Sequence record: MK573636
DNA from: Escherichia phage vB_EcoM_PHB13
DNA length: 64,000 nt
Direction: 5' to 3' (one strand)
A program made the translations under genes and the position numbers. Numbering within the stretch: position 1 is the stretch's first letter; each line of letters opens with the position of its first letter. Below, piece by piece: positions 16,559 through 26,968 of the stretch. Under the pieces are notes generated by a model. The model had not been told where the DNA came from, ran no database searches, and saw nothing but the letters and a program-made list of their open reading frames with translations.

Positions 16559-19477
16559 TTAATTCTTTTTAAGTTCCGCTAGTTCAGCTTTAACGGCTTT
16601 CAATTCTTCGCTCATTTCCTGAAACGCCTTAATTAAAAGAGCGTTGACAGCAGAGTTAGAAATTGTTAAGATCTCTTCTGGTTTATCTGGATCGCCGATC
16701 TTAGAAGTTGTTACTGCTTCCGGCAATTCTTTTTCAAGATCCTGAGCAATAATACCAACTTCATGAGCGATAACAGTGCGGTCCGTCAAAGACTTAACCT
16801 TATCGTAGGTGTACACAGTCAAGCGATTAACTTTATCGGTGGCATTCTCCTTATACTCTTCCTTGTTGATTTTCAGACGAGCATCAGAACGAATATACAC
16901 ATCGTTAAACGAACCGTTACGTCCTGCCGACATGTCACCGGTGGCGCTAAAGTCAAAGTTGGCGTCATTAACGTTTAGGCGTGCTATAGCATTACCTATA
17001 GTGCCGCCAGGAACGTGTACACCCATTGCCGCAATATGATATTTTCCCCAATGAGTCGCTTTCCAGATGTTATGAGCGGAATCGGTTGATTGAGGACAGT
17101 CTACGAGGATTCCGGCAGAACGATCACGCCAGCTAGCCCAGCTACCACCAGCAACACTACCACGAATCAAACCTTTATCAGATCCGCCGACGCTACCAGA
17201 TTCCAACTGGATCATTTTATCTGCAAATTTCCACACCTGGGCTTGTTTCTGACCACGGAAGCGAATAACACCAGCATCATCGCAGTACATCAAGCCTAAC
17301 TCTAAACCGTTCGGATCTCTAAACCAGATGTGCTTATTGCCAGTACGACGAAAATCAATATCAGAACCGCCCAAAATAATATTACCGCCAGTGGTAATTG
17401 CTTGCGGCCTAAGAGTACCGTTGATGGCAAACTCGATTAATTCAGTACCCGGACCGCCAGGTCGGTGGGTATACCAATGCCACCCGCTTTCATCACCGCA
17501 TTCAAATATTTGTTTACGACTATCGTTACCCCATACACGTAGAGTAAACGTAGATGCGGCGGTCCCTTTACCCCATTTAATTTGACCAGCAGATTCCAAA
17601 TCACCGAAGAATTTAGTTTTAATCGCACCAGTTGATAAAGTACGTTCAGTGGTGAAGTGTGCACCCATGCTATCGTCAAGCTGTAAGATGTTATCACGCG
17701 CGTTATTGCTATCGCCCCAATGGTTAAACCGGAAGTAGTCGCGGGAATTTAATCGCCCAGCGTCGAAAGTCAAATGCCCTTTCTTAATGTAAACGTCATT
17801 ACTAAAGCGAGCGGCACGAGAAGCACGTTCTAACGTTAATGCTTCTTCGTTACCATCACCGCCTAATTGAACGTTACCGGAAGTTAAATCATAAATGAAT
17901 GGACGATAGCTATTCCATCCACCAAAACGATCATTTTCGGCAGTAGAAAGAAGATAAACTTTAGTGCCGTCATTACGCCAGAATGCACCGTAATTACCAA
18001 AGATCATACGGTATGCATTAGAGTTAGCGGAATAATATTGTCCGTTGGTATATACAATTTTTGTTTTTCCTACCGACAGCGTAACCTGACCAGTATCATC
18101 CAGTCTTAATGAGTTAGTACCTTCCGTTAATTCATTTACTAACTGTACGGTGTTAGTAGTAGCGTCACCATACCCTAGATAACCTTGACGGCGGTTAGCA
18201 CCGGAACGATAATCATAAAATTCTAGGTAATTACTTTGTCCGTCTCTACGCTCCATTCTGATAGCGTTATTTCCCTTAACGAAAAGACGATTTACAGTAA
18301 CCCCATTAAAATCAATTTTTAGTTGGTCTGACTGATCAGTAACGCCAGTAGCTAAACGATATACGCCACCCTCGACAACCTCATGCCATATTGTTTCTGC
18401 GGATTTGCTACGAAACTTACGAAGATATTTTTTATTGCTATCAGTCGAGTTATTCAAGCTGATAATATCATACGTTCCTTGACCGTTATTATCAAACATC
18501 AACGTTCCGGCTTTGTTTTCGGTGTTGAACATGGTAATAACACGAGCATCAAATTTAGTTCCGGTTTCTGGTTTAGTCGCCGAAAATTCAGGAACATCGT
18601 GAACAGTCAATGCAACATCAACAGTTTTTCCAAACTCTACAATAACGTTATCAGTGAAGCGACCATAGTTAACATAAATGTCATAGTTATCACCGGAAGT
18701 ATTAATTGCAAATACTTCATGGACGTTCAAAGAATTTCGACGATATGCAGCAATACTAACGCCTTTAGGGTTATTATTACCACTACGAATCACAATTTCA
18801 AGGAAATCCACCTGATCGTAGGAGTTAACATTAAATCCGTTCCCACCATAGATTCGCAGAAACGCCATCCGACCACTCTGCGGGATCATTGCGGATGCAA
18901 TTTTAAAATAACCACGGGTTGCTCCACCAGAAGGAGTAGACATTTTAACGTTCTTAACAAACATACGGTCAATTTCTTGTTTGCTATAGACGTTCAATTC
19001 TGAGGGAGTAGGTTTATCACCTTCGTGATACATGCGAAAGCTGAATCTCTTGTTACCATCCTTATCAAAGCCATAGGTTTTAACCTGAGAGGAACTAGAA
19101 CCATATTGAAATTCGAACCCGCGACCGTGTGCTTTACCGCTGGGATGAGGAATGTTCAGAATCAAGTTAGACCAATCATCAGCATTATTCGGTCGAAACG
19201 CACCAAAATAATTAAGATCTCGCGCGGTTTGGTCTTCAAAATAATTAGCGGTTTTACTTAAAATATAATTATTTCCTTTAACCTTACCCGCCATTGTAAC
19301 ATCGCTGTCATAAACCGGAGGACAACTTAAATTGATAATAGCACCGGAATCATTTTTAGTAAGAAGATATTGATCCGCAAGGTTGATTGCCAATTCCCCC
19401 GGATTCATCGTACTAGCATCCGGTCGACGACCTTTAGTGCTAGTGCGTTTAAATTGGATTCTGCTTAAATCTGCCAT
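16559..19477 (-). CDS. 37: long tail fibre distal subunit gp37 with C-terminal intramolecular chaperone domain
   Basis: N-terminus MADLSRIQFKRTSTKGRRPDAS...GELAINL matches T4 gp37; C-terminus ...SDARLKINKEEY...AVKAELAELKK resembles S74-type self-cleaving chaperone domains. Confidence 0.85.
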   Translation of the reverse strand: MADLSRIQFKRTSTKGRRPDASTMNPGELAINLADQYLLTKNDSGAIINLSCPPVYDSDVTMAGKVKGNNYILSKTANYFEDQTARDLNYFGAFRPNNADDWSNLILNIPHPSGKAHGRGFEFQYGSSSSQVKTYGFDKDGNKRFSFRMYHEGDKPTPSELNVYSKQEIDRMFVKNVKMSTPSGGATRGYFKIASAMIPQSGRMAFLRIYGGNGFNVNSYDQVDFLEIVIRSGNNNPKGVSIAAYRRNSLNVHEVFAINTSGDNYDIYVNYGRFTDNVIVEFGKTVDVALTVHDVPEFSATKPETGTKFDARVITMFNTENKAGTLMFDNNGQGTYDIISLNNSTDSNKKYLRKFRSKSAETIWHEVVEGGVYRLATGVTDQSDQLKIDFNGVTVNRLFVKGNNAIRMERRDGQSNYLEFYDYRSGANRRQGYLGYGDATTNTVQLVNELTEGTNSLRLDDTGQVTLSVGKTKIVYTNGQYYSANSNAYRMIFGNYGAFWRNDGTKVYLLSTAENDRFGGWNSYRPFIYDLTSGNVQLGGDGNEEALTLERASRAARFSNDVYIKKGHLTFDAGRLNSRDYFRFNHWGDSNNARDNILQLDDSMGAHFTTERTLSTGAIKTKFFGDLESAGQIKWGKGTAASTFTLRVWGNDSRKQIFECGDESGWHWYTHRPGGPGTELIEFAINGTLRPQAITTGGNIILGGSDIDFRRTGNKHIWFRDPNGLELGLMYCDDAGVIRFRGQKQAQVWKFADKMIQLESGSVGGSDKGLIRGSVAGGSWASWRDRSAGILVDCPQSTDSAHNIWKATHWGKYHIAAMGVHVPGGTIGNAIARLNVNDANFDFSATGDMSAGRNGSFNDVYIRSDARLKINKEEYKENATDKVNRLTVYTYDKVKSLTDRTVIAHEVGIIAQDLEKELPEAVTTSKIGDPDKPEEILTISNSAVNALLIKAFQEMSEELKAVKAELAELKKN

Positions 19478-19514
19478 TTTATAAAATCCTTAAACGGTTA
19501 TTAGAATAATATTA

Positions 19515-19545
19515 TTTAGAAAAGCGGGGAGATAATCCCCGCTAA
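19515..19545 (-). terminator. rho-independent terminator or attenuator between genes 36 and 37
   Basis: On the - strand: GCGGGGATTATCTCCCCGC followed by TTTTCT. Confidence 0.45.
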
Positions 19546-19547
19546 AA

Positions 19548-21038
19548 TTAGAAAGTACCAAAATCAATCACCGCATTAAGTGGAACTGCGCCAACATCAG
19601 CCGGAGTAGGTTTATTGCCTTCATGATAAAGCTGATAGCGGTCCACGGTTTGAGTATTGTTTCTAGAACGGAAAAACACGACCTTTGAGTCGTGGGTGAT
19701 CCCCAGCTTTTCGGTCCCTTTAATATCACTAATACGGTGAATCATAGCAGTACCATCAGCACCGCTTAACGCCGCATAACAGTTATCCCCGTTATAGTTA
19801 GTTTTAGCTGTTCTAACACCGTTTGCAGCCGGAACAGTTAACGGTCCTGTCATGGTATCGCCAGTTACGTTAACATAGCGAATATCGGCTAATTTACGGT
19901 GATCTACATAGTTCCATGCAGTCCATGATTCATTAGAACACGAACGCCAGCACATCGGATGATCAATAGATTCAGGATAATACACCTGAACAATTCGACG
20001 AGTACCGACCGCATCTTCTGGGCGATATACCATCAAAACGCCGTTATAATAACTATCAGACGGTTTATTAGTACCCGACCCAGCATTTTCCACACGATAG
20101 ATACCGCGATTAATAAGAGTGTTCCAATCAACGTTTCCAATGATGGTTGGATTTGCTACCATTGATTTTCTCTCAAAGTAGCTCAAACGAACCAATTCAT
20201 TAGGACCAGCAGGATCGTTTGTCGCCAACATTCTAGGCGCTTGCAAGTTACCTTCCATAATATCACCAGCACGTTTAACCTGTGCATCATTGGTGACATT
20301 GCCTAGCCCAACATCGGCTTTAGTTGGTTTATTGTTGGTGTGATAAAAACGACCTTCTCTGCCATTAACAAAAATGGTAGGCTCATCTTTACTTCGGAAT
20401 ACCAACGTATCAAGAACGTTACCATAATAGATCTTAGTCGCATCAAAATTAATTAAATCACGTTCCCTTGCAATTAATTTCGAATCAACCGATAGTTTAA
20501 CAGTGACAGTGTTTAAATTATATGTTCCTGTGAGAGTATCACCGCGACGAGACACCAAATCTAAATCATTATTCGTTGGTTTATTAACAGGGCTATAGAC
20601 GCGTTGACCTGTGTCTTTAATGGTTGTCCCTTCGATAGTCCCTTTAGACTTAAATTCGCCCGTTGTGGTGTCAATATACGCCATAATAACGCCATCACGG
20701 GCATTAACAAAGCCGATTGACTTCCATGAATGCAAACCCCAGCTTACGCCGTCAAAATTAGCGGCATCACTCTGGCCTTTAAAGATACCATTCTTTTTGG
20801 TTTCTCCAGCCGATGCGCTACCTACGCTTAAACCTTCCTCGAAATGAACTTGCTTTTGAAATGTGCCACCTTCGGATGCACTAACAGCATCAAAATCGGT
20901 AGCCGAAGGTCTATCAAAAGCGGTATAGATTTTATGACCTTTGTAGAAAAGCTGGTCCCCCGCTGGCTGGATCGTCAAGTTTCCTTGCGTCCAAATGGGA
21001 GATCCGCCTACAGTAGATCCATATTTCAAATCTGCCAT
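19548..21038 (-). CDS. 36: long tail fibre subunit gp36 (496 aa)
   Basis: N-terminus MADLKYGSTVGGSPIWTQGN matches T4 gp36 (MADLKVGSTTGGSVIW); position between 35 and 37. Confidence 0.8.
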   Translation of the reverse strand: MADLKYGSTVGGSPIWTQGNLTIQPAGDQLFYKGHKIYTAFDRPSATDFDAVSASEGGTFQKQVHFEEGLSVGSASAGETKKNGIFKGQSDAANFDGVSWGLHSWKSIGFVNARDGVIMAYIDTTTGEFKSKGTIEGTTIKDTGQRVYSPVNKPTNNDLDLVSRRGDTLTGTYNLNTVTVKLSVDSKLIARERDLINFDATKIYYGNVLDTLVFRSKDEPTIFVNGREGRFYHTNNKPTKADVGLGNVTNDAQVKRAGDIMEGNLQAPRMLATNDPAGPNELVRLSYFERKSMVANPTIIGNVDWNTLINRGIYRVENAGSGTNKPSDSYYNGVLMVYRPEDAVGTRRIVQVYYPESIDHPMCWRSCSNESWTAWNYVDHRKLADIRYVNVTGDTMTGPLTVPAANGVRTAKTNYNGDNCYAALSGADGTAMIHRISDIKGTEKLGITHDSKVVFFRSRNNTQTVDRYQLYHEGNKPTPADVGAVPLNAVIDFGTF

Positions 21039-21071
21039 AAAGTAACCTCAAAAATTAGTTATAGTTCCGAG

Positions 21072-21079
21072 TATTTATA
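21072..21079 (-). promoter_or_regulatory. candidate T4-type late promoter for gene 36
   Basis: Exact TATAAATA on the - strand 34-41 nt upstream of the gene 36 ATG. Confidence 0.4.
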
Positions 21080-21204
21080 GAATGTTAACAAAATATCGCT
21101 TCGCGACGTGCCGTAGGCACTGACTAATTTTTAACCGAAACAAACTTTTCTATATTCTAAAGATCTTTCTTCGTTTTGGTTACATTTTAACCAACTGTAT
21201 AAAA

Positions 21205-21240
21205 ATAAAGCCGACCACATGGATCGGCTTGTAAAAAATG
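21205..21240 (-). terminator. rho-independent terminator after gene 35
   Basis: On the - strand: hairpin AGCCGA...TCGGCT followed by TTATTTTTAT. Confidence 0.5.
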
Positions 21241-22380
21241 TTAATCAACATCGAACTCTTTAAAGTTGTTGGATGTGATGTGTTTATTATCTCTGGGTAG
21301 TTTAAGAAGACTCATTACAGGGTTAGTAAAATCACCGTTATCCTGAATATGAGTTGTTCTAACACCATTAACACCAAATGAAGTAGGACCAGTAGTTTTG
21401 ACGACTCCACTGATCGGCGTTATTAGTATGTTTCTAATTTTAACAATACCTTCATTGGAGTTGGTTGGATATCTGATACAACCAGTTACTACACTATCGA
21501 CACCTTCCGGTACTGTATAGACTGCTTCAAACTTTTCCCATTGGTCTTTTTTGCTGGCATTGTATCTAACACCAGTTTTATATTGTCCATCGGTGAAGTA
21601 GTTGTGATAGAAACGCGCTGTTACGTTGGCTGCGGCTGCGGCACTATCACGGAACAATTCAAAGGATATTGATAGTTTGTCACCTGCCTTTATGTTAAAA
21701 TCTTCAAGTGGTGCGCTGATCTCATCGTGAGGCCATTGTATTAGCTCGAAATGTTCGGCATCTTCGCTAACATACTCAACCGGATAATCTAAAAATCGTT
21801 GTGGTGTTCCTGTTATAGCAAGATCATCTATAGTATCATAGACTTTCTCAATTTGTATAGATGAATCTTGTCCTTCCCCGTGAGTTGCTTGCATCCCTTC
21901 GCACACAATTTTACCCATTTTAGTAGAATAAATTGCTGCATATGATACACGAGGCATTTGCTGTAACAAAATGTGATTCGGGAATGATACCGATCCCATC
22001 TTAGAAAATACAACATCACTTATCGGATCTGCAAACAATTCTCCATGAGTTGCCATCGCAATGATATAATCACCTTTCAGCAAAGAAAGATAATCACGCA
22101 TTGCCAAAACAGCACCGCGACCATAGAATACCTTTTCTTCGTGTAGTTGTCCAGTTGGAGTAAGAACTTTAAAATTTAGGCCATTTTCATAGCCAGTGCC
22201 AACGATATCCACTCCATTAAATCTAATCCTTGCTGGTTTGGTAGAATCCGCATTAGATCCGCGCACTTCCAGCTTATACATCACAGAGTTATTTTCTGAA
22301 ATGCTGGTAAATGTCGCAGAGTCTTCGTCGAAATGCGCAAACCTAATTCCAGTGTTGCGTAATTCTATATCTTGTGTCAT
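21241..22380 (-). CDS. 35: long tail fibre hinge protein gp35 (379 aa)
   Basis: Size and position between gp34 and gp36 as in T4 (gp35 372 aa). Confidence 0.7.
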   Translation of the reverse strand: MTQDIELRNTGIRFAHFDEDSATFTSISENNSVMYKLEVRGSNADSTKPARIRFNGVDIVGTGYENGLNFKVLTPTGQLHEEKVFYGRGAVLAMRDYLSLLKGDYIIAMATHGELFADPISDVVFSKMGSVSFPNHILLQQMPRVSYAAIYSTKMGKIVCEGMQATHGEGQDSSIQIEKVYDTIDDLAITGTPQRFLDYPVEYVSEDAEHFELIQWPHDEISAPLEDFNIKAGDKLSISFELFRDSAAAAANVTARFYHNYFTDGQYKTGVRYNASKKDQWEKFEAVYTVPEGVDSVVTGCIRYPTNSNEGIVKIRNILITPISGVVKTTGPTSFGVNGVRTTHIQDNGDFTNPVMSLLKLPRDNKHITSNNFKEFDVD

Positions 22381-22392
22381 AATAACCCCATA

Positions 22393-22410
22393 GGGGGGCT
22401 TTCGCCCCCC
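22393..22410 (-). other. GNRA-tetraloop hairpin between genes 34 and 35
   Basis: - strand reads GGGGGGC-GAAA-GCCCCCC; no T-run follows. Confidence 0.5.
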
Positions 22411-22417
22411 CCTTTAA

Positions 22418-25400
22418 TTAGTCTTCCCAGATAAAGTCTACGGTACGAGTCAGATTATTGGCGATGATTTTAACATTACCAACTTTGATCCAATCACGAA
22501 CCGTCATAGAGTTCATTAAACCACCTTCTGCAACTACTGCCCCGATTTCCTGAGCTGTAGGCTTATTCTGTTTGGTGTAAATTTCACCCCATGCGGTCCA
22601 TTGACCACCAGTACCGGAACGGATATAATGTTTATGAGTACCATCAGGGGACCAAAGCTGGGTAAGCCCGTCCGCGTCAGTACCCCATTGCATCAGAGTA
22701 CCGTTTTTCTTCTCTGGATAAGTTTCTTTGATGTTCTGGGTAGTAACTCGCATATTCCAGAAACCGATGTTACCGATTGCTGGAGCGGTTGCCGCGCTAG
22801 CTTCATGCTTAACAGAAACAATAGGCGCATTATCCATAGTCAGCTTACCGACCATTGTATCGCCAGCATTCTTAACAAACTGACGGTTAAGAACTTCGTC
22901 AGCGTTTCCTGCGTGTACGATCTGATATTTCTGTCCGGCGATCTCTGTAGTTAACGTTTGATGACCTGCCTTGATGTTAACACTTCCACCGTGCCCGATA
23001 TTCAGCATACCATCTGGGGAACGAGTCATTGCCGGATTAGACTGGTCAACAATGTATAAACCGCCTTGTTTCGCATACAGGTTACGACCTGCAATAAAGT
23101 CTCTATATGCTGTCGCGTCGCCATTGTGTTTCATAGCAAAGGCGTAATGCTCGACGACTCCACCATCATTGATTTTACCGAAAGCGATAGCATCACTATC
23201 AACAACTTGCGCTGTTCCAGTACCACCAACGATAATAGACCATGAGTTTTTCATGCCTTCCGATGCGGTTGTGCCATGCAGAGTAATTCCGGTGTGTCCG
23301 TCAACTCCACGCTCACCCAACACCAGATGACCATTACTCGGATCATCAGTAGAGTTCTTAGTCACAGACAGAGTTTCAAAGGAACCAGATTTTAAGCACT
23401 CTAAATCGCCCTTCACGTTAACGTTTTTATTAAACGTGTAATTGCTCTCTATGGTCTGGTCAATGTCTCTACGCGCCCATTTAGCGGCCTCTACGTTACC
23501 CAATTTCAAACTATTCTGAGCGGTTGCCATCTTAGGTAAGAAATTAGCAAGTGCGTAGTTTAATCCTTTAGGGGTAACAGCAATTCCGTCATGCTGGTAG
23601 TTTCCTAGTTCTTGAGTAGAACCTTGCAGATTATCACCAACAAAACAGTTTTCCTGAGTAGCAACTTTCAAGAATCCACGACGCGCTTCTGTTGCTTTCC
23701 ATGTATCCTCTGTCTGAACAACATATTTGAAGTTCTTCGGAGAAATTGCTACATTAGCCAGTGTACCAGCCACGGTTTCGGCTTGAGTACCAACTCGGAT
23801 AATACCTTCTTTACCTTCGGTGGCTTTTTTGCCTTGTAGCTTTTTAGGCGTGATGATTGTAGTATCATCTTGACCAGCATCCGTAAGCTGAGTAGTAGCA
23901 ACTTTAGCGACACCTTTTGTGTCTTCGGTTGCATCCAGACCGCTGATCATGATACCTTGCCACAAATCACCAGTAAGGTTAAGCCCCTGAGTCGGATCTA
24001 CTTTCAAACGCTGTGCATTCTCAAAGAAGGTTTTAATCTTCAATGGGGTAGAAATGCGAGCATCGTCAAGACCTGCGTCAAACTCCGGTTGAGTTGCAAT
24101 TTCTGCTAAACCATGTAAAGTTTCCGTTGCGCGGCGAGTATGCAGCTTTTTAGGCGTGATGATATGGTTATCACTTTGACCTAAGTTTGTTTCTTCCTGA
24201 GTTGCAATTTCAGCGATACCAGTGCGCGATTCTGTAGCAGTACGTTTCGTTAGCGTGCGAGTCGTGATTAGTAAAGCATCTTGCGGGGTTGATTCTGTAG
24301 CCCCTTGCACTTCCGCGTCAGTTGCCAGATAGCCAACACCACGGGAAGTTTCGGTCGCCTTGACTTCGTTGATGTTTTGTGGCGTAACAATTTTAGCATG
24401 GTCGTTGATGTTATAGATCCCTGTACCAGCTTCGCCACGTCGAGCGGCAGCACTACCGCCAACCTGAACAATTTCAGCAATACCAGCGAGATCTTCGGAA
24501 GCGCGACGTTCTTCTAATTTCTTAGGAGTTATTGCGCGAGTATCGTCTAAACCTTCGTTGGTTTCATGTTGAGTTGCAATTTCCATCACACCACGACGGG
24601 CTTCGGTAGCAACACAATCATTTAACTTTTTAGGCGTAACGATAACATCATCCAGGAAGCTGGAACCAGTATCTTGATGCGTTTCCGCTTGAGTCGCAAT
24701 GCGAGCAATACCGCGTCGAGTTTCGTTGGCGGTTTTATTAGCCAGCATTTTTGGTGTTACCGCAACTTCGTCGCTAGGATTCTCTTCATGATTTTTATTC
24801 GTTTCAGTCTGGGTAGCCAGTGCAATTACACCAACACGATCTTTACGAGTCGGATCTACTCGTTCTACAATCGGGTGAGCATGTGCCACCAACCAGTATT
24901 TCTTACCATCATCAACTTCTGAATAAGAGAACTCCAGATAAGGTACATAATCATTTGCAGCGTTGAAAGACAATTCAGACACTCCCGTCCATGTATCGGT
25001 CCCATTGAATGGGTACTCGCTACGCTTAGGAAACTGAACCATGTTTTTCTGAATAAGGATTTTTGTATCCTCTGTGGCGGTGATAATACGGCAATTCTGG
25101 TTTCCTTGCATATACTGCATAGAAACTTGAATACGATCACCCTGCTCGACATTGGTCGGCAGCGTCAGAGTAACATCACGATCACCAAATACAGCAACAT
25201 AGCTATTAGGTTGCAAGCGAGTGTCATCGATGATCGGTTTAAGACGAACAGACTGATCACCATCCCACAAACGCCATAAGTTTTCCGTCTTGTCAAAGAT
25301 GAATACACCATGACCGCTACGCTTACCGATAATCTCTTTTAGACCGGACGTGCCAATTGATTGTTCTTCTGCGTGCTCATGAACTTTAACCGTAACGTGG

Positions 25401-26158
25401 TTGGTTGCGGTTAATCCGTCAAGGTCTGTAGTCTGGATCATGTCGCCATTGTTGGCAAACTTAGGAAGCACTAAGGTAATATTACCCAACGAACTACGAC
25501 GAAATACCTGATCACCATTCTGCATTTGAATAGCATCAATCGCTGGCTGTGCGTACACACCGCGCGGCTCTGTTCCCGTCTGATAAACATGCCAACGATT
25601 CCGAACAAAGATGAAATAGTTCATTGCATACGGGGTAGTGCAATACCATTTTCGGTTATACACATTACCGTTATGGTAAAACTCATGTCCTGAACTCAAG
25701 AACGATAATTCGTTAACACCACACTTGCCACCGATATCTTTTACTGTTATAGTGTCTCCCTCTGCTGGTTTAGTTGGCATAGAGAAAGTCAAGTTTGCAA
25801 ATTGACCATCTGCTGCGATATAATCACCAGACTTTAAAGGAGTATCACCGGAAGTTGCTGCAATATAATCCCAACGTGGGTCAGTGCGCAGTGCTTGCCA
25901 TTTAGTCGGGTCAAAATCACCTGCTGGCTTTGTGATATCTTCTTTTGCATAATACGGACGGTTTTGATAGATTGTAGTTCCGTATTGATCATAACCGCGA
26001 GTTGTGTCATACTGAGTAATACCATTATGGTAATTGAAAAATTCAACGTTGACCGCATCCGTTGATGTGTTTTTATCTGCGTATGCTACATTGACGACCT
26101 TTTCATTACCAGCGTCAAAGCCAAATGTGGCCTTGAAATGTTGAGAAAAATCTGCCAT
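22418..26158 (-). CDS. 34: long tail fibre proximal subunit gp34 (1246 aa)
   Basis: N-terminus MADFSQHFKATFGFDAGNEKVVNVAYADKN matches T4 gp34; internal ...GIARIATQAET... and ...GIAEIATQ... repeats and C-terminus ...IRDFLRIGNV-like also match. Confidence 0.9.
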   Translation of the reverse strand: MADFSQHFKATFGFDAGNEKVVNVAYADKNTSTDAVNVEFFNYHNGITQYDTTRGYDQYGTTIYQNRPYYAKEDITKPAGDFDPTKWQALRTDPRWDYIAATSGDTPLKSGDYIAADGQFANLTFSMPTKPAEGDTITVKDIGGKCGVNELSFLSSGHEFYHNGNVYNRKWYCTTPYAMNYFIFVRNRWHVYQTGTEPRGVYAQPAIDAIQMQNGDQVFRRSSLGNITLVLPKFANNGDMIQTTDLDGLTATNHVTVKVHEHAEEQSIGTSGLKEIIGKRSGHGVFIFDKTENLWRLWDGDQSVRLKPIIDDTRLQPNSYVAVFGDRDVTLTLPTNVEQGDRIQVSMQYMQGNQNCRIITATEDTKILIQKNMVQFPKRSEYPFNGTDTWTGVSELSFNAANDYVPYLEFSYSEVDDGKKYWLVAHAHPIVERVDPTRKDRVGVIALATQTETNKNHEENPSDEVAVTPKMLANKTANETRRGIARIATQAETHQDTGSSFLDDVIVTPKKLNDCVATEARRGVMEIATQHETNEGLDDTRAITPKKLEERRASEDLAGIAEIVQVGGSAAARRGEAGTGIYNINDHAKIVTPQNINEVKATETSRGVGYLATDAEVQGATESTPQDALLITTRTLTKRTATESRTGIAEIATQEETNLGQSDNHIITPKKLHTRRATETLHGLAEIATQPEFDAGLDDARISTPLKIKTFFENAQRLKVDPTQGLNLTGDLWQGIMISGLDATEDTKGVAKVATTQLTDAGQDDTTIITPKKLQGKKATEGKEGIIRVGTQAETVAGTLANVAISPKNFKYVVQTEDTWKATEARRGFLKVATQENCFVGDNLQGSTQELGNYQHDGIAVTPKGLNYALANFLPKMATAQNSLKLGNVEAAKWARRDIDQTIESNYTFNKNVNVKGDLECLKSGSFETLSVTKNSTDDPSNGHLVLGERGVDGHTGITLHGTTASEGMKNSWSIIVGGTGTAQVVDSDAIAFGKINDGGVVEHYAFAMKHNGDATAYRDFIAGRNLYAKQGGLYIVDQSNPAMTRSPDGMLNIGHGGSVNIKAGHQTLTTEIAGQKYQIVHAGNADEVLNRQFVKNAGDTMVGKLTMDNAPIVSVKHEASAATAPAIGNIGFWNMRVTTQNIKETYPEKKNGTLMQWGTDADGLTQLWSPDGTHKHYIRSGTGGQWTAWGEIYTKQNKPTAQEIGAVVAEGGLMNSMTVRDWIKVGNVKIIANNLTRTVDFIWED

Positions 26159-26209
26159 TATTGGGTCTCCTGTTATAATATGAAATTATTTATTATGTGA
26201 GGTGTTGTT

Positions 26210-26774
26210 GTGGCAAAAACAAAATTTTGGGATATCGAGACACAGAAAGCGATAAAAGGTAGATTTTATCATGTTGATGGAATATTATACCATTTAAAGG
26301 ATTCTGTATCTGCTGGATTCCGAAAAGAAGGGTCCAGATACAAAAAAAGGTGATGTGGTAAGGGTACGTCTCCATAAAGAAGGATATTTATACTTTACAT
26401 TTTATAACAATGGTCATAAACTTAATCTGTTTGTACATAGAGTTGTCTGGTTTTTAGAGTATGGTACTCAGGTTGAACTAATAGATCACATAGACCAAGA
26501 CAAAACTAACAATAGACCGTCAAACATGAGAGAAGCAACAGAACAGCAAAATCAGTTTAACGTCTCAAAGAAAAAGGCTTGCCATAGCAAATATAAAGGT
26601 GTATCATTATCAACAAGCAAGAAAAAGCCGTGGAAGGCGTATATTGTTATCAATCGAAAGAATATACATCTAGGATACTTTGAGACAGAAGTTGAGGCGG
26701 CTAAGGCTTATGACCGTGCAGCACATGAAAGAGTTGGCGAGTATGCTTATTTAAATTTTCCAAAAAGAGGATGA
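26210..26774 (+). pseudogene. HNH-AP2 homing endonuclease-like gene interrupted by a frameshift at an A7 tract
   Basis: Fragment 26210-26353 (...FWDIETQKAIKGRFYHVDGILYHL...) stops just after AAAAAAA (26342-26348); downstream ORF 26355-26774 carries the HNH (FVHRVVW...IDHIDQDKTNN) and AP2 (YKGVS...AYIVINRKNIHLGYFETEVEAAKAYDRAA) motifs; removing one A joins them. Confidence 0.6.
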
Positions 26775-26780
26775 TATATT

Positions 26781-26966
26781 ATGGTTAAAGTTGATTTGTC
26801 AGAAGGTGCAAAATGGGTAGTTGACAGAATCCCTGATAAGGATTATAATTATTTCCGTGCCGAATTAAACAATGCAATTCTGCGAGTTATGGAAAAGTAC
26901 GGGTATGACCGTGAAGTATCTAACTCGTTTGGTGAATATGTTGTTGTGAGAGTGGAGAGAACTTAA
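26781..26966 (+). CDS. hypothetical protein (61 aa)
   Basis: ORF with AGAGGA RBS upstream. Confidence 0.5.
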   Translation: MVKVDLSEGAKWVVDRIPDKDYNYFRAELNNAILRVMEKYGYDREVSNSFGEYVVVRVERT

Positions 26967-26968
26967 TT

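Noticed and set aside
19478-19514. Possible T4-type late promoter upstream of gene 37.
   Set aside because: Only a partial TAAATAAT match on the - strand rather than TATAAATA; too weak to call.
16559-26158. Many + strand ORFs in the ORF track inside the tail-fibre genes (e.g. 18383-19003, 19025-19261, 23612-24517, 24674-24922).
   Set aside because: They lie antisense within long, well-supported structural genes with clear T4 homology and have no RBS or promoter context; treated as spurious.
26193-26375. - strand 60-aa ORF upstream of gene 34.
   Set aside because: Overlaps the gene 34 upstream region and the HNH-AP2 fragment on the opposite strand; no start context.
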